Below, piece after piece: positions 1-12,589 of a DNA stretch of 64,000 bases. The notes under the pieces are model-generated. The model searched no databases. It was not told where the DNA came from and saw only the letters and a list, made by a program, of their open reading frames with translations. Origin of the DNA: Paramoeba atlantica (Eukaryota; Protista; Discosea); contig CDRNVI010000021.1 in assembly GCA_977017575.1 (NCBI GenBank), positions 1 to 64,000 on the forward strand, given 5' to 3'. The translations under genes and the position numbers were made by a program. The first letter of the stretch is position 1; each line of letters starts with the position of its first letter.

Positions 1-281
1 ACCCGAGAGTGATTCATTTCTTCGTCGCTTCCATCTTCGCGTCCTGTGTCGGGTGTCGATTTTCCGTGTGAAATCGAATCAGCTTTTTTGCACCAGTCTT
101 CAGGGATATTTGTAGGAATGGGAGTGGTGTATAGAAGTTCGTTGTAGGTACTCGGCTGGTTAATCAGGTGCGCATTACCTTCAAATTGATCCCAGGATCC
201 TGTTTTATGAGTCGACTCCTCTTCGACGGTCATATAGAAGGAACCGCGTACCTGGAAAAAGATGGAATAAGGAAAATAATT

Positions 282-317
282 CAACAAGGTACAGAAACTG
301 TATCTTTATCGTTAAAG
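282..317 (-). other. Spliced-leader-like exon copy (CTTTAACGATAAAGATACAGTTTCTGTACCTTGTTG); identical copies at 2565-2600, 4842-4877, 7125-7160, 9408-9443
   Basis: Contains AACG..ACAGTTTCTGTAC..TTG, the conserved core and 3' end of kinetoplastid/diplonemid SL exons. Joined directly to a pyrimidine-rich UTR and an ATG, with no GT intron donor. Confidence 0.85.
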
Positions 318-334
318 GAGGTCTTTTTTTTTGC

Positions 335-1216
335 AGTTAATAAGGGGGGAGAAGTATGAATCGCGGCATTGCCTCTATATGTTGACCCAGTAGACGAACC
401 AAGTACATAGTAGGTCCATTGGGGGGGGTATATGAATTTAAAACAAGCAATCAAATTAGCAAATCTTTTTATTTCCACAGAAGTATATTTTCTTTTTCTT
501 TTTTCTTAGCCCAAAACTAGCAATTCAATCTCCCCTAAGTATATACGACAAACAAGACACAGTAAAAATAAAAACAAGCAATCCAGGCCCAATCCATTCG
601 CGCGTTCCGGACCGGGTCTTTCGACCACTCCACGGCCTGACTTGTGAACCCGTCCCTTGCTATACGGGAGGGCGCAGGCGCGGGCCTGTGTCGACAGCGA
701 CACGGTCGCGAAACAGGATGCTGGCCGACGGGGAGGAGATTCACTGCCCGTGTACTACCTCACTTGGGGTACCTAGCCCTCGCGGGCTAGGCGTGAGCAT
801 AGACTCTGTCGACCCGACCAGCACCCGTCCTGGATACCATGGCGTCTTCGTGCTGAAATAGGACTGTCAGTAGAGGCTTAAGCCTCTACCAAAGGATCCG
901 CTGGGTCCTCTACGCGGATGCGCGAAACCATCATCCTGGCTTGAGAACGCATTAGCGTCACGTTCAGATCTGTTAGGAGATCGTTTCGCGCTTGGTCTCG
1001 TGAAAGGAGCCCTTTGGATGCGTTCGCCCGTTGGGTTCCGATGTCCCGGAGTAACGCTAGCGCACTCTCGCTCCAGGAACCAAAGGATTCCACCACCATC
1101 GCTGTGAAGAGGTGTCCTGCTTTTTCTGCTTCTTGTCGCTGTCGCGCCTTGGTCTCCGCGAAGTGCTCGGCAAAAGACCCCGGGGTCACCCAGCTAGCAT
1201 TGTGGACTGAGTCCAC
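335..1216 (-). pseudogene. 3' fragment of CRE-clade family B (RLE C-terminus 878-1216 plus 3' UTR), one per array unit
   Basis: GSFAEHFAETK..MVVESFGSW..LLTDLNVTLMRSQARMMV aligns with the C-terminus of ORF 48610-52677 (GSFAERYATEH..MAVESYGSW..LLTALNITLMRSQARMMV). Confidence 0.9.
591..826 (-). ncRNA. Conserved structured RNA element in CRE 3' UTR (family B); paralogues at ~1485-1730 (-), 52731-52969 (+), 53341-53462 (+, partial), 59971-60180 (+, partial)
   Basis: Hairpins with compensatory changes between families, e.g. GTGTCG-acag-CGACAC vs GTGCCG-acag-CGGCAC, and CCTAGCC..GGCTAGG with different loops. Confidence 0.6.
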
Positions 1217-1289
1217 AATTCTTTTTTTTTTTTTTTTTTTTTAGCAATTTCATATTTTGGAGCCGAAAACTAGCAATTCGATCTCCGAA

Positions 1290-1930
1290 TTTTTTTTTTT
1301 TTTTTTTTTTTTTACTCAGTAGACGAACCAAGTAGGTCCATTGGGGGGGTATATGATTTGTAAACAAGCAATCAAATTAGCAATTTCACATGTTGTAGCC
1401 CAAAACTAATAATTCAACCTGCCTTAAGTTACAGTATTTATGATTTTGATAACAATAATAATAAAAAGAAGCAATTTATGCCCAATTCATTCGCGCGTTC
1501 CGGACCGGGTCTTTCGACCACTCCTCGGCCTGACTTGTGAACTCTTCCCTTGTTATATGGGAGGGCGCAGGCGCGGGCTTGTGCCGACAGCGGCACGGTC
1601 GCGAAACAGGGTGCTGGCCGACGGGGAGGAAGTTTTAGTTCCCGACCCATGTCCTACCTCACTTGGAGTACCTAGCCCTTGAGGGCTAGGCGTGAGCATA
1701 GACCCTGTCGGCATCGACCAGCATCCAGGCCAGCCATCTATGAGGGCGCAAACGTGGGTCTGTGCTGACTGCCGTCCGGTCAGGAAACGTTTACTCCCCC
1801 AAGCAAGAAAACGGGTCATCAGGGAGAAGGCGATTAACCATCATGCGGGCCTGAAGGCGCATGAGGGTCACGTTTAACTCCGTGAAGATTCTGCTCGTCG
1901 CCCCCCCTTCTGTCAATAACCCGCACGAGG
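1290..1930 (-). pseudogene. 3' fragment of CRE family C (last ~45 codons, structured 3' UTR, poly(A)), one per array unit
   Basis: RIFTELNVTLMRLQARMMVNRL is homologous to the family A/B C-termini. The UTR is paralogous to family B and ends in poly(A) (poly-T on + at ~1290-1314). Confidence 0.85.
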
Positions 1931-2226
1931 GTCTTTTTTTTTTTTTTTTTTTTTGACGCAGAATCAATCTACTCAATCGTAATTTACATCTCGCGGATGA
2001 CCCCGTTTTTTTTTTTTAGATACTTTTTAAAGTTAGGCTCAGAATAGAAACAAGCAACTGTACGAAAAGTAAAAGAATGTTCAACCGAGCAAACGGCCCA
2101 AAAAACAGCAAATAAGAACCCTTTCCCACCCCCAAGAAAAACCTTCCCCAAAAAACGAATACCCAAAGCCCCAAAAATAAACCACCCGAGAAAACCAGCA
2201 AATAGAAACGATTTTTTTTTTTTTTA

Positions 2227-2600
2227 TATACAGAATCTTTGTCAGACTGTGGTGCTTTAACCTCGTGATCTGGGCCGATGAGCACCCGAGAGTGATTCAT
2301 TTCTTCGTCGCTTCCATCTTCGCGTCCTGTGTCGGGTGTCGATTTTCCGTGTGAAATCGAATCAGCTTTTTTGCACCAGTCTTCAGGGATATTTGTAGGA
2401 ATGGGAGTGGTGTATAGAAGTTCGTTGTAGGTACTCGGCTGGTTAATCAGGTGCGCATTACCTTCAAATTGATCCCAGGATCCTGTTTTATGAGTCGACT
2501 CCTCTTCGACGGTCATATAGAAGGAACCGCGTACCTGGAAAAAGATGGAATAAGGAAAATAATTCAACAAGGTACAGAAACTGTATCTTTATCGTTAAAG
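2227..2600 (-). pseudogene. SL-headed 5' fragment of a CRE element with LsmAD-like motif (ATG at 2516, ~97 codons, broken at poly(A)), one per unit
   Basis: MTVEEESTHKTGSWDQFEGNAHLINQPSTYNELLYTTPIP aligns with the N-terminus of ORF 48610-52677. Both 5' UTRs start AATTATTTTCCTT after the SL. Confidence 0.85.
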
Positions 2601-5600
2601 GAGGTCTTTTTTTTTGCAGTTAATAAGGGGGGAGAAGTATGAATCGCGGCATTGCCTCTATATGTTGACCCAGTAGACGAACCAAGTACATAGTAGGTCC
2701 ATTGGGGGGGGTATATGAATTTAAAACAAGCAATCAAATTAGCAAATCTTTTTATTTCCACAGAAGTATATTTTCTTTTTCTTTTTTCTTAGCCCAAAAC
2801 TAGCAATTCAATCTCCCCTAAGTATATACGACAAACAAGACACAGTAAAAATAAAAACAAGCAATCCAGGCCCAATCCATTCGCGCGTTCCGGACCGGGT
2901 CTTTCGACCACTCCACGGCCTGACTTGTGAACCCGTCCCTTGCTATACGGGAGGGCGCAGGCGCGGGCCTGTGTCGACAGCGACACGGTCGCGAAACAGG
3001 ATGCTGGCCGACGGGGAGGAGATTCACTGCCCGTGTACTACCTCACTTGGGGTACCTAGCCCTCGCGGGCTAGGCGTGAGCATAGACTCTGTCGACCCGA
3101 CCAGCACCCGTCCTGGATACCATGGCGTCTTCGTGCTGAAATAGGACTGTCAGTAGAGGCTTAAGCCTCTACCAAAGGATCCGCTGGGTCCTCTACGCGG
3201 ATGCGCGAAACCATCATCCTGGCTTGAGAACGCATTAGCGTCACGTTCAGATCTGTTAGGAGATCGTTTCGCGCTTGGTCTCGTGAAAGGAGCCCTTTGG
3301 ATGCGTTCGCCCGTTGGGTTCCGATGTCCCGGAGTAACGCTAGCGCACTCTCGCTCCAGGAACCAAAGGATTCCACCACCATCGCTGTGAAGAGGTGTCC
3401 TGCTTTTTCTGCTTCTTGTCGCTGTCGCGCCTTGGTCTCCGCGAAGTGCTCGGCAAAAGACCCCGGGGTCACCCAGCTAGCATTGTGGACTGAGTCCACA
3501 ATTCTTTTTTTTTTTTTTTTTTTTTAGCAATTTCATATTTTGGAGCCCAAAACTAGCAATTCGATCTCCGAATTTTTTTTTTTTTTTTTTTTACTCAGTA
3601 GACGAACCAAGTAGGTCCATTGGGGGGGTATATGATTTGTAAACAAGCAATCAAATTAGCAATTTCACATGTTGTAGCCCAAAACTAATAATTCAACCTG
3701 CCTTAAGTTACAGTATTTATGATTTTGATAACAATAATAATAAAAAGAAGCAATTTATGCCCAATTCATTCGCGCGTTCCGGACCGGGTCTTTCGACCAC
3801 TCCTCGGCCTGACTTGTGAACTCTTCCCTTGTTATATGGGAGGGCGCAGGCGCGGGCTTGTGCCGACAGCGGCACGGTCGCGAAACAGGGTGCTGGCCGA
3901 CGGGGAGGAAGTTTTAGTTCCCGACCCATGTCCTACCTCACTTGGAGTACCTAGCCCTTGAGGGCTAGGCGTGAGCATAGACCCTGTCGGCATCGACCAG
4001 CATCCAGGCCAGCCATCTATGAGGGCGCAAACGTGGGTCTGTGCTGACTGCCGTCCGGTCAGGAAACGTTTACTCCCCCAAGCAAGAAAACGGGTCATCA
4101 GGGAGAAGGCGATTAACCATCATGCGGGCCTGAAGGCGCATGAGGGTCACGTTTAACTCCGTGAAGATTCTGCTCGTCGCCCCCCCTTCTGTCAATAACC
4201 CGCACGAGGGTCTTTTTTTTTTTTTTTTTTTTTGACGCAGAATCAATCTACTCAATCGTAATTTACATCTCGCGGATGACCCCGTTTTTTTTTTTTAGAT
4301 ACTTTTTAAAGTTAGGCTCAGAATAGAAACAAGCAACTGTACGAAAAGTAAAAGAATGTTCAACCGAGCAAACGGCCCAAAAAACAGCAAATAAGAACCC
4401 GTTCCCACCCCCAAGAAAAACCTTCCCCAAAAAACGAACACCCAAAGCCCCAAAAATAAACCACCCGAGAAAACCAGCAAATAGAAACGATTTTTTTTTT
4501 TTATATACAGAATCTTTGTCAGACTGTGGTGCTTTAACCTCGTGATCTGGGCCGATGAGCACCCGAGAGTGATTCATTTCTTCGTCGCTTCCATCTTCGC
4601 GTCCTGTGTCGGGTGTCGATTTTCCGTGTGAAATCGAATCAGCTTTTTTGCACCAGTCTTCAGGGATATTTGTAGGAATGGGAGTGGTGTATAGAAGTTC
4701 GTTGTAGGTACTCGGCTGGTTAATCAGGTGCGCATTACCTTCAAATTGATCCCAGGATCCTGTTTTATGAGTCGACTCCTCTTCGACGGTCATATAGAAG
4801 GAACCGCGTACCTGGAAAAAGATGGAATAAGGAAAATAATTCAACAAGGTACAGAAACTGTATCTTTATCGTTAAAGGAGGTCTTTTTTTTTGCAGTTAA
4901 TAAGGGGGGAGAAGTATGAATCGCGGCATTGCCTCTATATGTTGACCCAGTAGACGAACCAAGTACATAGTAGGTCCATTGGGGGGGGTATATGAATTTA
5001 AAACAAGCAATCAAATTAGCAAATCTTTTTATTTCCACAGAAGTATATTTTCTTTTTCTTTTTTCTTAGCCCAAAACTAGCAATTCAATCTCCCCTAAGT
5101 ATATACGACAAACAAGACACAGTAAAAATAAAAACAAGCAATCCAGGCCCAATCCATTCGCGCGTTCCGGACCGGGTCTTTCGACCACTCCACGGCCTGA
5201 CTTGTGAACCCGTCCCTTGCTATACGGGAGGGCGCAGGCGCGGGCCTGTGTCGACAGCGACACGGTCGCGAAACAGGATGCTGGCCGACGGGGAGGAGAT
5301 TCACTGCCCGTGTACTACCTCACTTGGGGTACCTAGCCCTCGCGGGCTAGGCGTGAGCATAGACTCTGTCGACCCGACCAGCACCCGTCCTGGATACCAT
5401 GGCGTCTTCGTGCTGAAATAGGACTGTCAGTAGAGGCTTAAGCCTCTACCAAAGGATCCGCTGGGTCCTCTACGCGGATGCGCGAAACCATCATCCTGGC
5501 TTGAGAACGCATTAGCGTCACGTTCAGATCTGTTAGGAGATCGTTTCGCGCTTGGTCTCGTGAAAGGAGCCCTTTGGATGCGTTCGCCCGTTGGGTTCCG

Positions 5601-8600
5601 ATGTCCCGGAGTAACGCTAGCGCACTCTCGCTCCAGGAACCAAAGGATTCCACCACCATCGCTGTGAAGAGGTGTCCTGCTTTTTCTGCTTCTTGTCGCT
5701 GTCGCGCCTTGGTCTCCGCGAAGTGCTCGGCAAAAGACCCCGGGGTCACCCAGCTAGCATTGTGGACTGAGTCCACAATTCTTTTTTTTTTTTTTTTTTT
5801 TTAGCAATTTCATATTTTGGAGCCCAAAACTAGCAATTCGATCTCCGAATTTTTTTTTTTTTTTTTTTTTTTTACTCAGTAGACGAACCAAGTAGGTCCA
5901 TTGGGGGGGTATATGATTTGTAAACAAGCAATCAAATTAGCAATTTCACATGTTGTAGCCCAAAACTAATAATTCAACCTGCCTTAAGTTACAGTATTTA
6001 TGATTTTGATAACAATAATAATAAAAAGAAGCAATTTATGCCCAATTCATTCGCGCGTTCCGGACCGGGTCTTTCGACCACTCCTCGGCCTGACTTGTGA
6101 ACTCTTCCCTTGTTATATGGGAGGGCGCAGGCGCGGGCTTGTGCCGACAGCGGCACGGTCGCGAAACAGGGTGCTGGCCGACGGGGAGGAAGTTTTAGTT
6201 CCCGACCCATGTCCTACCTCACTTGGAGTACCTAGCCCTTGAGGGCTAGGCGTGAGCATAGACCCTGTCGGCATCGACCAGCATCCAGGCCAGCCATCTA
6301 TGAGGGCGCAAACGTGGGTCTGTGCTGACTGCCGTCCGGTCAGGAAACGTTTACTCCCCCAAGCAAGAAAACGGGTCATCAGGGAGAAGGCGATTAACCA
6401 TCATGCGGGCCTGAAGGCGCATGAGGGTCACGTTTAACTCCGTGAAGATTCTGCTCGTCGCCCCCCCTTCTGTCAATAACCCGCACGAGGGTCTTTTTTT
6501 TTTTTTTTTTTTTGACGCAGAATCAATCTACTCAATCGTAATTTACATCTCGCGGATGACCCCGTTTTTTTTTTTTAGATACTTTTTAAAGTTAGGCTCA
6601 GAATAGAAACAAGCAACTGTACGAAAAGTAAAAGAATGTTCAACCGAGCAAACGGCCCAAAAAACAGCAAATAAGAACCCTTTCCCACCCCCAAGAAAAA
6701 CCTTCCCCAAAAAACGAATACCCAAAGCCCCAAAAAGAAACCACCCGAGAAAACCAGCAAATAGAAACGATTTTTTTTTTTTTTTATATACAGAATCTTT
6801 GTCAGACTGTGGTGCTTTAACCTCGTGATCTGGGCCGATGAGCACCCGAGAGTGATTCATTTCTTCGTCGCTTCCATCTTCGCGTCCTGTGTCGGGTGTC
6901 GATTTTCCGTGTGAAATCGAATCAGCTTTTTTGCACCAGTCTTCAGGGATATTTGTAGGAATGGGAGTGGTGTATAGAAGTTCGTTGTAGGTACTCGGCT
7001 GGTTAATCAGGTGCGCATTACCTTCAAATTGATCCCAGGATCCTGTTTTATGAGTCGACTCCTCTTCGACGGTCATATAGAAGGAACCGCGTACCTGGAA
7101 AAAGATGGAATAAGGAAAATAATTCAACAAGGTACAGAAACTGTATCTTTATCGTTAAAGGAGGTCTTTTTTTTTGCAGTTAATAAGGGGGGAGAAGTAT
7201 GAATCGCGGCATTGCCTCTATATGTTGACCCAGTAGACGAACCAAGTACATAGTAGGTCCATTGGGGGGGGTATATGAATTTAAAACAAGCAATCAAATT
7301 AGCAAATCTTTTTATTTCCACAGAAGTATATTTTCTTTTTCTTTTTTCTTAGCCCAAAACTAGCAATTCAATCTCCCCTAAGTATATACGACAAACAAGA
7401 CACAGTAAAAATAAAAACAAGCAATCCAGGCCCAATCCATTCGCGCGTTCCGGACCGGGTCTTTCGACCACTCCACGGCCTGACTTGTGAACCCGTCCCT
7501 TGCTATACGGGAGGGCGCAGGCGCGGGCCTGTGTCGACAGCGACACGGTCGCGAAACAGGATGCTGGCCGACGGGGAGGAGATTCACTGCCCGTGTACTA
7601 CCTCACTTGGGGTACCTAGCCCTCGCGGGCTAGGCGTGAGCATAGACTCTGTCGACCCGACCAGCACCCGTCCTGGATACCATGGCGTCTTCGTGCTGAA
7701 ATAGGACTGTCAGTAGAGGCTTAAGCCTCTACCAAAGGATCCGCTGGGTCCTCTACGCGGATGCGCGAAACCATCATCCTGGCTTGAGAACGCATTAGCG
7801 TCACGTTCAGATCTGTTAGGAGATCGTTTCGCGCTTGGTCTCGTGAAAGGAGCCCTTTGGATGCGTTCGCCCGTTGGGTTCCGATGTCCCGGAGTAACGC
7901 TAGCGCACTCTCGCTCCAGGAACCAAAGGATTCCACCACCATCGCTGTGAAGAGGTGTCCTGCTTTTTCTGCTTCTTGTCGCTGTCGCGCCTTGGTCTCC
8001 GCGAAGTGCTCGGCAAAAGACCCCGGGGTCACCCAGCTAGCATTGTGGACTGAGTCCACAATTCTTTTTTTTTTTTTTTTTTTTTAGCAATTTCATATTT
8101 TGGAGCCCAAAACTAGCAATTCGATCTCCGAATTTTTTTTTTTTTTTTTTTTTTTTACTCAGTAGACGAACCAAGTAGGTCCATTGGGGGGGTATATGAT
8201 TTGTAAACAAGCAATCAAATTAGCAATTTCACATGTTGTAGCCCAAAACTAATAATTCAACCTGCCTTAAGTTACAGTATTTATGATTTTGATAACAATA
8301 ATAATAAAAAGAAGCAATTTATGCCCAATTCATTCGCGCGTTCCGGACCGGGTCTTTCGACCACTCCTCGGCCTGACTTGTGAACTCTTCCCTTGTTATA
8401 TGGGAGGGCGCAGGCGCGGGCTTGTGCCGACAGCGGCACGGTCGCGAAACAGGGTGCTGGCCGACGGGGAGGAAGTTTTAGTTCCCGACCCATGTCCTAC
8501 CTCACTTGGAGTACCTAGCCCTTGAGGGCTAGGCGTGAGCATAGACCCTGTCGGCATCGACCAGCATCCAGGCCAGCCATCTATGAGGGCGCAAACGTGG

Positions 8601-11600
8601 GTCTGTGCTGACTGCCGTCCGGTCAGGAAACGTTTACTCCCCCAAGCAAGAAAACGGGTCATCAGGGAGAAGGCGATTAACCATCATGCGGGCCTGAAGG
8701 CGCATGAGGGTCACGTTTAACTCCGTGAAGATTCTGCTCGTCGCCCCCCCTTCTGTCAATAACCCGCACGAGGGTCTTTTTTTTTTTTTTTTTTTTGACG
8801 CAGAATCAATCTACTCAATCGTAATTTACATCTCGCGGATGACCCCGTTTTTTTTTTTTAGATACTTTTTAAAGTTAGGCTCAGAATAGAAACAAGCAAC
8901 TGTACGAAAAGTAAAAGAATGTTCAACCGAGCAAACGGCCCAAAAAACAGCAAATAAGAACCCTTTCCCACCCCCAAGAAAAACCTTCCCCAAAAAACGA
9001 ATACCCAAAGCCCCAAAAAGAAACCACCCGAGAAAACCAGCAAATAGAAACGATTTTTTTTTTTTTTTATATACAGAATCTTTGTCAGACTGTGGTGCTT
9101 TAACCTCGTGATCTGGGCCGATGAGCACCCGAGAGTGATTCATTTCTTCGTCGCTTCCATCTTCGCGTCCTGTGTCGGGTGTCGATTTTCCGTGTGAAAT
9201 CGAATCAGCTTTTTTGCACCAGTCTTCAGGGATATTTGTAGGAATGGGAGTGGTGTATAGAAGTTCGTTGTAGGTACTCGGCTGGTTAATCAGGTGCGCA
9301 TTACCTTCAAATTGATCCCAGGATCCTGTTTTATGAGTCGACTCCTCTTCGACGGTCATATAGAAGGAACCGCGTACCTGGAAAAAGATGGAATAAGGAA
9401 AATAATTCAACAAGGTACAGAAACTGTATCTTTATCGTTAAAGGAGGTCTTTTTTTTTGCAGTTAATAAGGGGGGAGAAGTATGAATCGCGGCATTGCCT
9501 CTATATGTTGACCCAGTAGACGAACCAAGTACATAGTAGGTCCATTGGGGGGGGTATATGAATTTAAAACAAGCAATCAAATTAGCAAATCTTTTTATTT
9601 CCACAGAAGTATATTTTCTTTTTCTTTTTTCTTAGCCCAAAACTAGCAATTCAATCTCCCCTAAGTATATACGACAAACAAGACACAGTAAAAATAAAAA
9701 CAAGCAATCCAGGCCCAATCCATTCGCGCGTTCCGGACCGGGTCTTTCGACCACTCCACGGCCTGACTTGTGAACCCGTCCCTTGCTATACGGGAGGGCG
9801 CAGGCGCGGGCCTGTGTCGACAGCGACACGGTCGCGAAACAGGATGCTGGCCGACGGGGAGGAGATTCACTGCCCGTGTACTACCTCACTTGGGGTACCT
9901 AGCCCTCGCGGGCTAGGCGTGAGCATAGACTCTGTCGACCCGACCAGCACCCGTCCTGGATACCATGGCGTCTTCGTGCTGAAATAGGACTGTCAGTAGA
10001 GGCTTAAGCCTCTACCAAAGGATCCGCTGGGTCCTCTACGCGGATGCGCGAAACCATCATCCTGGCTTGAGAACGCATTAGCGTCACGTTCAGATCTGTT
10101 AGGAGATCGTTTCGCGCTTGGTCTCGTGAAAGGAGCCCTTTGGATGCGTTCGCCCGTTGGGTTCCGATGTCCCGGAGTAACGCTAGCGCACTCTCGCTCC
10201 AGGAACCAAAGGATTCCACCACCATCGCTGTGAAGAGGTGTCCTGCTTTTTCTGCTTCTTGTCGCTGTCGCGCCTTGGTCTCCGCGAAGTGCTCGGCAAA
10301 AGACCCCGGGGTCACCCAGCTAGCATTGTGGACTGAGTCCACAATTCTTTTTTTTTTTTTTTTTTTTAGCAATTTCATATTTTGGAGCCCAAAACTAGCA
10401 ATTCGATCTCCGAATTTTTTTTTTTTTTTTTTTTTTTACTCAGTAGACGAACCAAGTAGGTCCATTGGGGGGGTATATGATTTGTAAACAAGCAATCAAA
10501 TTAGCAATTTCACATGTTGTAGCCCAAAACTAATAATTCAACCTGCCTTAAGTTACAGTATTTATGATTTTGATAACAATAATAATAAAAAGAAGCAATT
10601 TATGCCCAATTCATTCGCGCGTTCCGGACCGGGTCTTTCGACCACTCCTCGGCCTGACTTGTGAACTCTTCCCTTGTTATATGGGAGGGCGCAGGCGCGG
10701 GCTTGTGCCGACAGCGGCACGGTCGCGAAACAGGGTGCTGGCCGACGGGGAGGAAGTTTTAGTTCCCGACCCATGTCCTACCTCACTTGGAGTACCTAGC
10801 CCTTGAGGGCTAGGCGTGAGCATAGACCCTGTCGGCATCGACCAGCATCCAGGCCAGCCATCTATGAGGGCGCAAACGTGGGTCTGTGCTGACTGCCGTC
10901 CGGTCAGGAAACGTTTACTCCCCCAAGCAAGAAAACGGGTCATCAGGGAGAAGGCGATTAACCATCATGCGGGCCTGAAGGCGCATGAGGGTCACGTTTA
11001 ACTCCGTGAAGATTCTGCTCGTCGCCCCCCCTTCTGTCAATAACCCGCACGAGGGTCTTTTTTTTTTTTTTTTTTTTGACGCAGAATCAATCTACTCAAT
11101 CGTAATTTACATCTCGCGGATGACCCCGTTTTTTTTTTTAGATACTTTTTAAAGTTAGGCTCAGAATAGAAACAAGCAACTGTACGAAAAGTAAAAGAAT
11201 GTTCAACCGAGCAAACGGCCCAAAAAACAGCAAATAAGAACCCGTTCCCACCCCCAAGAAAAACCTTCCCCAAAAAACGAATACCCAAAGCCCCAAAAAG
11301 AAACCACCCGAGAAAACCAGCAAATAGAAACGATTTTTTTTTTTTTTTATATACAGAATCTTTGTCAGACTGTGGTGCTTTAACCTCGTGATCTGGGCCG
11401 ATGAGCACCCGAGAGTGATTCATTTCTTCGTCGCTTCCATCTTCGCGTCCTGTGTCGGGTGTCGATTTTCCGTGTGAAATCGAATCAGCTTTTTTGCACC
11501 AGTCTTCAGGGATATTTGTAGGAATGGGAGTGGTGTATAGAAGTTCGTTGTAGGTACTCGGCTGGTTAATCAGGTGCGCATTACCTTCAAATTGATCCCA

Positions 11601-11687
11601 GGATCCTGTTTTATGAGTCGACTCCTCTTCGACGGTCATATAGAAGGAACCGCGTACCTGGAAAAGGATGGAATAAGGAAAATAATT

Positions 11688-11723
11688 CAACAAGGTACAG
11701 AAACTGTATCTTCAGCGTTAAAG
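11688..11723 (-). other. Variant SL-like exon (CTTTAACGCTGAAGATACAGTTTCTGTACCTTGTTG)
   Basis: Two substitutions relative to the array SL, with the same junction to the downstream UTR. Confidence 0.8.
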
Positions 11724-11732
11724 AGATTTAAC

Positions 11733-12384
11733 TTTTTTTTTTTTTTTTTTTTTGGATCCCTAACATTTTGTTTGTCAAAGGTCTTAACAAAAGCCCGTGG
11801 AGCGCATATATTATATACGCGCCGATTACTATCAAATGTTCACATTCTAATAAACTAATATCCCTTTCTTTTCTTAAGAAGTATTTGAGATGACAAGCTT
11901 AAAAACTCGTCTCAGTGTATTGGGCGTGAGCTAGAAACTGGCGGAGTTGAGCGTGGAGGATACTTCCTGCCTGTTCCTGGTGGAGTAGCGTAAATGTTTC
12001 CATTACGCTGTGTCTCTCTAGCCCGCAACGGTCCGCAATAGCCCACAGGAGATTTCGAGTGGCGTTGTGCATGGAACCGAAGGACAGAACAGGGATACAT
12101 TCAAAGCATTCCTTGTTTATCATGCCACTGTCAACATAGCGTACACGCTTGCGCTTTATCGCTTCGTTCATGAGGAATGTCGTATTGTGTTTGATATTCG
12201 AGGGAGCCAGTTCGTGAACTACTGTGAGGTCGTAGTATTTCTCTCCTGAAGCCCATTGAATTGCGAGGTCGGGGCCCGTGCGACGCAGAGTACTTCCAAC
12301 ACATGTCCTGGCATGTTCCGTTTTGTTTTCAGGGTGGATCGTGGCTGCGCACGCAGAGCACTCATAGTAACTGAACTGACGACA
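11733..12384 (-). pseudogene. 3' end of CRE family E (RLE domain, UTR, poly(A)); inverted near-identical copy of ~40443-41066
   Basis: The C-terminal half of ORF 11899-12744 is nearly identical to ORF 40017-40928 (GPDLAIQW..YYDLTVVHEL); poly-T at 11733-11753. Confidence 0.92.
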
Positions 12385-12589
12385 AAATGGCCGGTCTCTA
12401 GAGCGCCCAAAAACTCTTTCAGCCCGGGCCCTGCCGCGAATCGTCCGCTGTATCTGTGTCCCTCGCCGGCGAAAATACAACTCAAGTCTCCCGCGAAGCT
12501 TCACGTCGACTGCGAGATTGGTAAAAGTGTACAAAAGTGCAACGATGGTTCTAGAGCGCCCGAAAATCTCTTTCAGCTCGGAATTTCGT

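Larger units (their letters stand above)
1..11723 (-). repeat. Tandem array of a ~2.28-kb chimeric retroelement-derived unit (5.1 copies visible, cut by the left window edge)
   Basis: Position 1 recurs at 2284, 4561, 6844, 9127 and 11407 (periods 2283, 2277, 2283, 2283, 2280). Identical short ORF sets recur; copies differ in homopolymer lengths and a few SNPs. Confidence 0.98.

Noticed and set aside
168-11001. The many 60-115-aa ORFs repeated in the array as real genes
   Set aside because: They are antisense or off-frame readings of UTRs. Only the CRE-homologous pieces and the LsmAD stub have support.
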